Below the pieces are notes generated by a model. That model ran no database searches and had not been told where the DNA came from. It saw nothing but the letters and a program-made list of their open reading frames with translations. The position numbers and the translations under genes were made by a program. A DNA stretch of 64,000 nt from Mustelus asterias (Eukaryota), in NCBI RefSeq assembly GCF_964213995.1, contig NC_135802.1, positions 107,074,001-107,138,000 on the forward strand, read 5' to 3'. Below are positions 61,069 through 64,000 of the stretch, piece after piece (position 1 is the stretch's first letter; each line of letters starts with the position of its first letter).

Positions 61069-61314
61069 ATTGTGGAGGATGTATAATGGAGTAGCAAAGT
61101 AGATATCTGGGTAAAAATCTTGTCACTGAGGGATAGAGAGCTGACCAATGGTAATGGGACCTTAGTGACTAGGGTGACATATGAGAAAAAAATGAAAATA
61201 ATTAAAGTTGAAGGTACAACTTTAAAGCATTTGTCACAAAACATATGACTTCATAGCACAACTAGAAATAAATGGAGTTGATTTAAAAACATTTATGCAA
61301 ACATAGTTGCACAG

Positions 61315-61517
61315 TGACCAATCCTTGGGGGACAGTAGAGGTGATGATACACGAGTGGGAGTCCAACTGATTCTCTGGCTACAATTGTCTAGATAAGAAT
61401 GGAACCAGATGTGTGTAGTCCCACCCAACTGGATGACAGTGTGGAGGTTTTTGAGGAGAATAGTGCGGTCAGACATGTCAAAGATTACAGATCGGTCAAG
61501 AAAGATGAGAATGGATG
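61315..61517 (-). mobile_element. L2-clade LINE RT fragment (inverted 5' part)
   Basis: Minus-strand translation LIFLDRSVIFDMSDRTILL...QLGGTTHIWFHSYLDNCSQRI, then (frameshifted) TSTVPQG, corresponds to decayed LLDLSAAFDTVDH...WFxSYL...GVPQG. Confidence 0.8.
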
Positions 61518-62090
61518 GATTGAAATCATTGTCTTTGGTCCCCATCATAAACACTATTCAATTGTCACTAACACCATCCATTTCCCTGGCAAATATCTGA
61601 GGCTGAGCCAAATGGTTTGTAAGCCTGGTGCCATCTTTTCTCTGAACTAAGCTTCTGACCACATTTGTGCCATCACTTTGACTGTCTATTTCTATGTCCA
61701 TAACACTGCTTTACTTTGCCTTGTTCATCTGGCACACCTTTGTCACCTCTGAATTTGACTACTTCATCATATTCCTGTCCAACCTCCTGCCTTCCACTCT
61801 CCATAAACTTGAGGTCATCCAAAACTTAATGCCCATATCCTAACTTGCACCAGCCTTAAGCTGTCTAGGCTCTATATTCTGGAAATTTCTTCTTAAACCT
61901 CTCTGCCTCATTACCTGTCTTTCCTCCTTTAAGGCAATCTTAAAATCCACCCCTTTGACCAAGTTTTAGGTCATCTGCCCTAATACGTCCTAAGATGGCT
62001 TTGAGTCAAATTTTACTTTAAAACACTCTTCTGAAGTGCCTTGGGATGTCTTATATTAAAGCTGATATGTAAATATGATTTGTAGTTTTT
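61518..62090 (+). mobile_element. L2-clade LINE 3' part
   Basis: EIIVFGP...LRLSQMVCKPGAIF and HTFVTSEFDY...STLHKLEVIQN correspond to decayed KTEAIVFG...VRNLGVIFD and HAFVTSRLDY...LQLIQN. Ends in an L2-type tail (GAAGTGCCTTGGGATGT...TAAAT). Confidence 0.8.
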
Positions 62091-62419
62091 ATCAAAAGTG
62101 GATGTAACAAGGGAAATGCAGCAATTATGGAGGATTTTAATCCTGATAAAGACTGTGCAATCCAAATTTGCAGTAATGTTGTGGGGACAACTTAATGGAC
62201 TGCATTCAAAATTGTTCTCTAGATCAGAATGTCAAGGAACCAACTCGGGAACTGGCTATTTTGGATCTTGTTTTATGCAAAGAGAAAGGGTTTATTAATA
62301 ACTATGTAGTCAACGAATCCCTGGGAGAACGGTAATCATAATATGGTGGAATTTTTAAATGAGTGCTTATACTTTTGTATGAAACTAACGTTTTAAAGCT
62401 GAATAAAACAAACTAGTTA

Positions 62420-63645
62420 GGTATGAGGGGCGTGTTTGCTGGAGCAGATTGTGAAAATAGATTTTAAGATGGAACGGCACATCTGCAATGGCAAACATTT
62501 AAGAAGTAATTCATCATTTGCAATGATATGTTGCCTTAAGGAATAAAAAACCTACAGAAAAAGTGGTCCAAGCTAACAAGAGGGGTTAAAGATGGTATTC
62601 AATTAAAGGAAGAGGTTTATAATGTTCCCAAGGAGAATAGTAAGCCTGAAGGTTGGGGATTTTGAAATTCAGCAAATGATGACAAAGAAATCGATAAAGA
62701 ATGAGAAAATAGGAAAAAGGGCAAACTAGCAAGAGACATAAAAACAGTTTGCCAAAGCTTCTAAAGGTATGCAAAATAGAAGAGATTAACAAAAAGGAAA
62801 ATATTATAGGCAAAAATAGATGAAATCATAAGGGGTAATAAGGAAATAGCAGTGACACTAAACAAATACTTTGCATTTGTCTTCACAGTATAAGTGAGAA
62901 AAAACATTCTGGAACCAGGTGAATCAAGGGCCAAGTGAAAAACAGCAACCTAAGGATATTATCATTAATAAAGAATTAATATTGGAAAAATCAAATGGGA
63001 CTTAACCCTGGCTTATCCCCTGGACCTAATGGCCTACAACATAAGAGATGGTTGCAGATATAGAAGATGCATTGCTTTGGATCTTCCAGGATTCCCCAAA
63101 TTCTAGAAGGGTCTTCATGGATTGGAAGGTAGCAAACATAATCCCATTATTCAAGAAAGGATAGGGAAATTAAAGTGAGAACTATAGACCAGTTAGTCTG
63201 ACATCAGTGATAGAAAATGCTAGAGTTTATTATTAGAGCCATGATGACAAGCACTTAGAAAATCTTAGAGCTTAGAAATTTTTGAAATTGTAACTAGGAG
63301 GACAGATAAAAGGGGAATCAGTCAATGCATTTGGCATTCCAAAAAGCAATCAAAAAAGTGTCACAAAAGAGGGTATTACATAAAATTAGGGCCCATTAGA
63401 TTGCGGTATTAGCATGGATTGAGGTTCAGTTAATGGACAGAAAACAATGATTAGGAATAAATAGGTTATTTTTGGGATGGCAGGCTGTAACCAATGGAGT
63501 AGCACAATGATCAGGGCCTCAGCTGTTTACAATCTATATCAATTATTTACACAAGTATAATGGATCTAAGTTTGCTGACAATACAAAGGTCGGTAGGAAT
63601 ATCAGCCACAAGGAGGATGCAAAGAGGATGCAAAAGATTTAAAGA
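62420..63645 (+). mobile_element. Decayed CR1-clade LINE ORF2 fragment
   Basis: Broken frames give SPGPNGL, DWKVANIIPLFKKG, ENYRPVSLTSV, FQKAIKKVSQKRVLHKIRAH and KFADNTKVG, matching the CR1 RT motifs SPGPDG, NYRPVSLTS, FQKAFDKVPH and KFADDTK. Confidence 0.88.
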
Positions 63646-63654
63646 TTTAAAAGC

Positions 63655-64000
63655 TAAGTACTGTGAATGCTGCAAATCTGTAATAAAAACAGAAAATGCT
63701 GGTAATATTCAGCAGGTCCGGCACCGTTTGTGGAGAGAGAAACAAAGTTAACGTTTCAGGTCTGTGACCTTTCTTCAAAAGGAGAAATGTTAGAAATATA
63801 GTAGGTTCTGAGAAAGTAAAAGGGAAAGGGGTGGGAAGAAGAACCAAAGGGAAGGCTTGTGACAGGGTGGATGGCAGGAGAGGCTAAATGACAAAAGGTT
63901 TCATGATATAAGGCTAAAGAGAATGGTAATTGGACAAGAAACAAAAGCTGTATATAGAGGAGGTATGATTGGCAGGATTGTGAATAGTTGGTTTCTGAAG
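63655..64000. mobile_element. Longer copy of the Penelope-like repeat, truncating the CR1 and running off the window
   Basis: ATAAAAACAGAAAATGCTGGTAATATTCAGCAGGTCCGGCACCGTTTGTGGAGAGAGAAACAAAGTTAACGTTTCAGGTCTGTGACC followed by a purine-rich body. Confidence 0.7.

Overview
Vertebrate genomic DNA containing the anterior (3') half of a HoxA cluster, almost certainly from a cartilaginous fish (elasmobranch-type repeats, intact HoxA6, compact introns). Six two-exon homeobox genes lie on the + strand in order: HoxA6 (3333-4216), HoxA5 (6245-7543), HoxA4 (19322-20414), HoxA3 (37963-41066), HoxA2 (45739-47345) and HoxA1 (51682-53098). All have in-frame phase-1 GT-AG introns. The intergenic DNA holds recognisable conserved regulatory elements: four DR5 retinoic-acid response elements, a 5|6 CTCF site, the Hox4 intron element, the Hoxa3 r5/r6 MafB enhancer, and the Hoxa2 Krox20 and r4 enhancers. 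It is nearly free of transposons until about 56.8 kb, after which CR1, L2 and Penelope-like fragments accumulate. There is one 138-N assembly gap. The most notable observations are: (i) a fixed-spacing A[T/C]TGG-N10-12-E-box module ahead of all six genes and one orphan promoter; (ii) uORFs in front of every gene, including an 18-codon HoxA4 uORF whose stop overlaps the start (TAATG) and an AUU-initiated HoxA1 uORF; (iii) a probable HOTAIRM1-like antisense first exon; (iv) a single palindromic repeat in the HoxA3 intron carrying a hammerhead-like core and a perfect IR1; (v) a 5'-inverted L2 insertion. Comparisons with mammalian elements rely on recalled sequences and literature, not on alignments run here.
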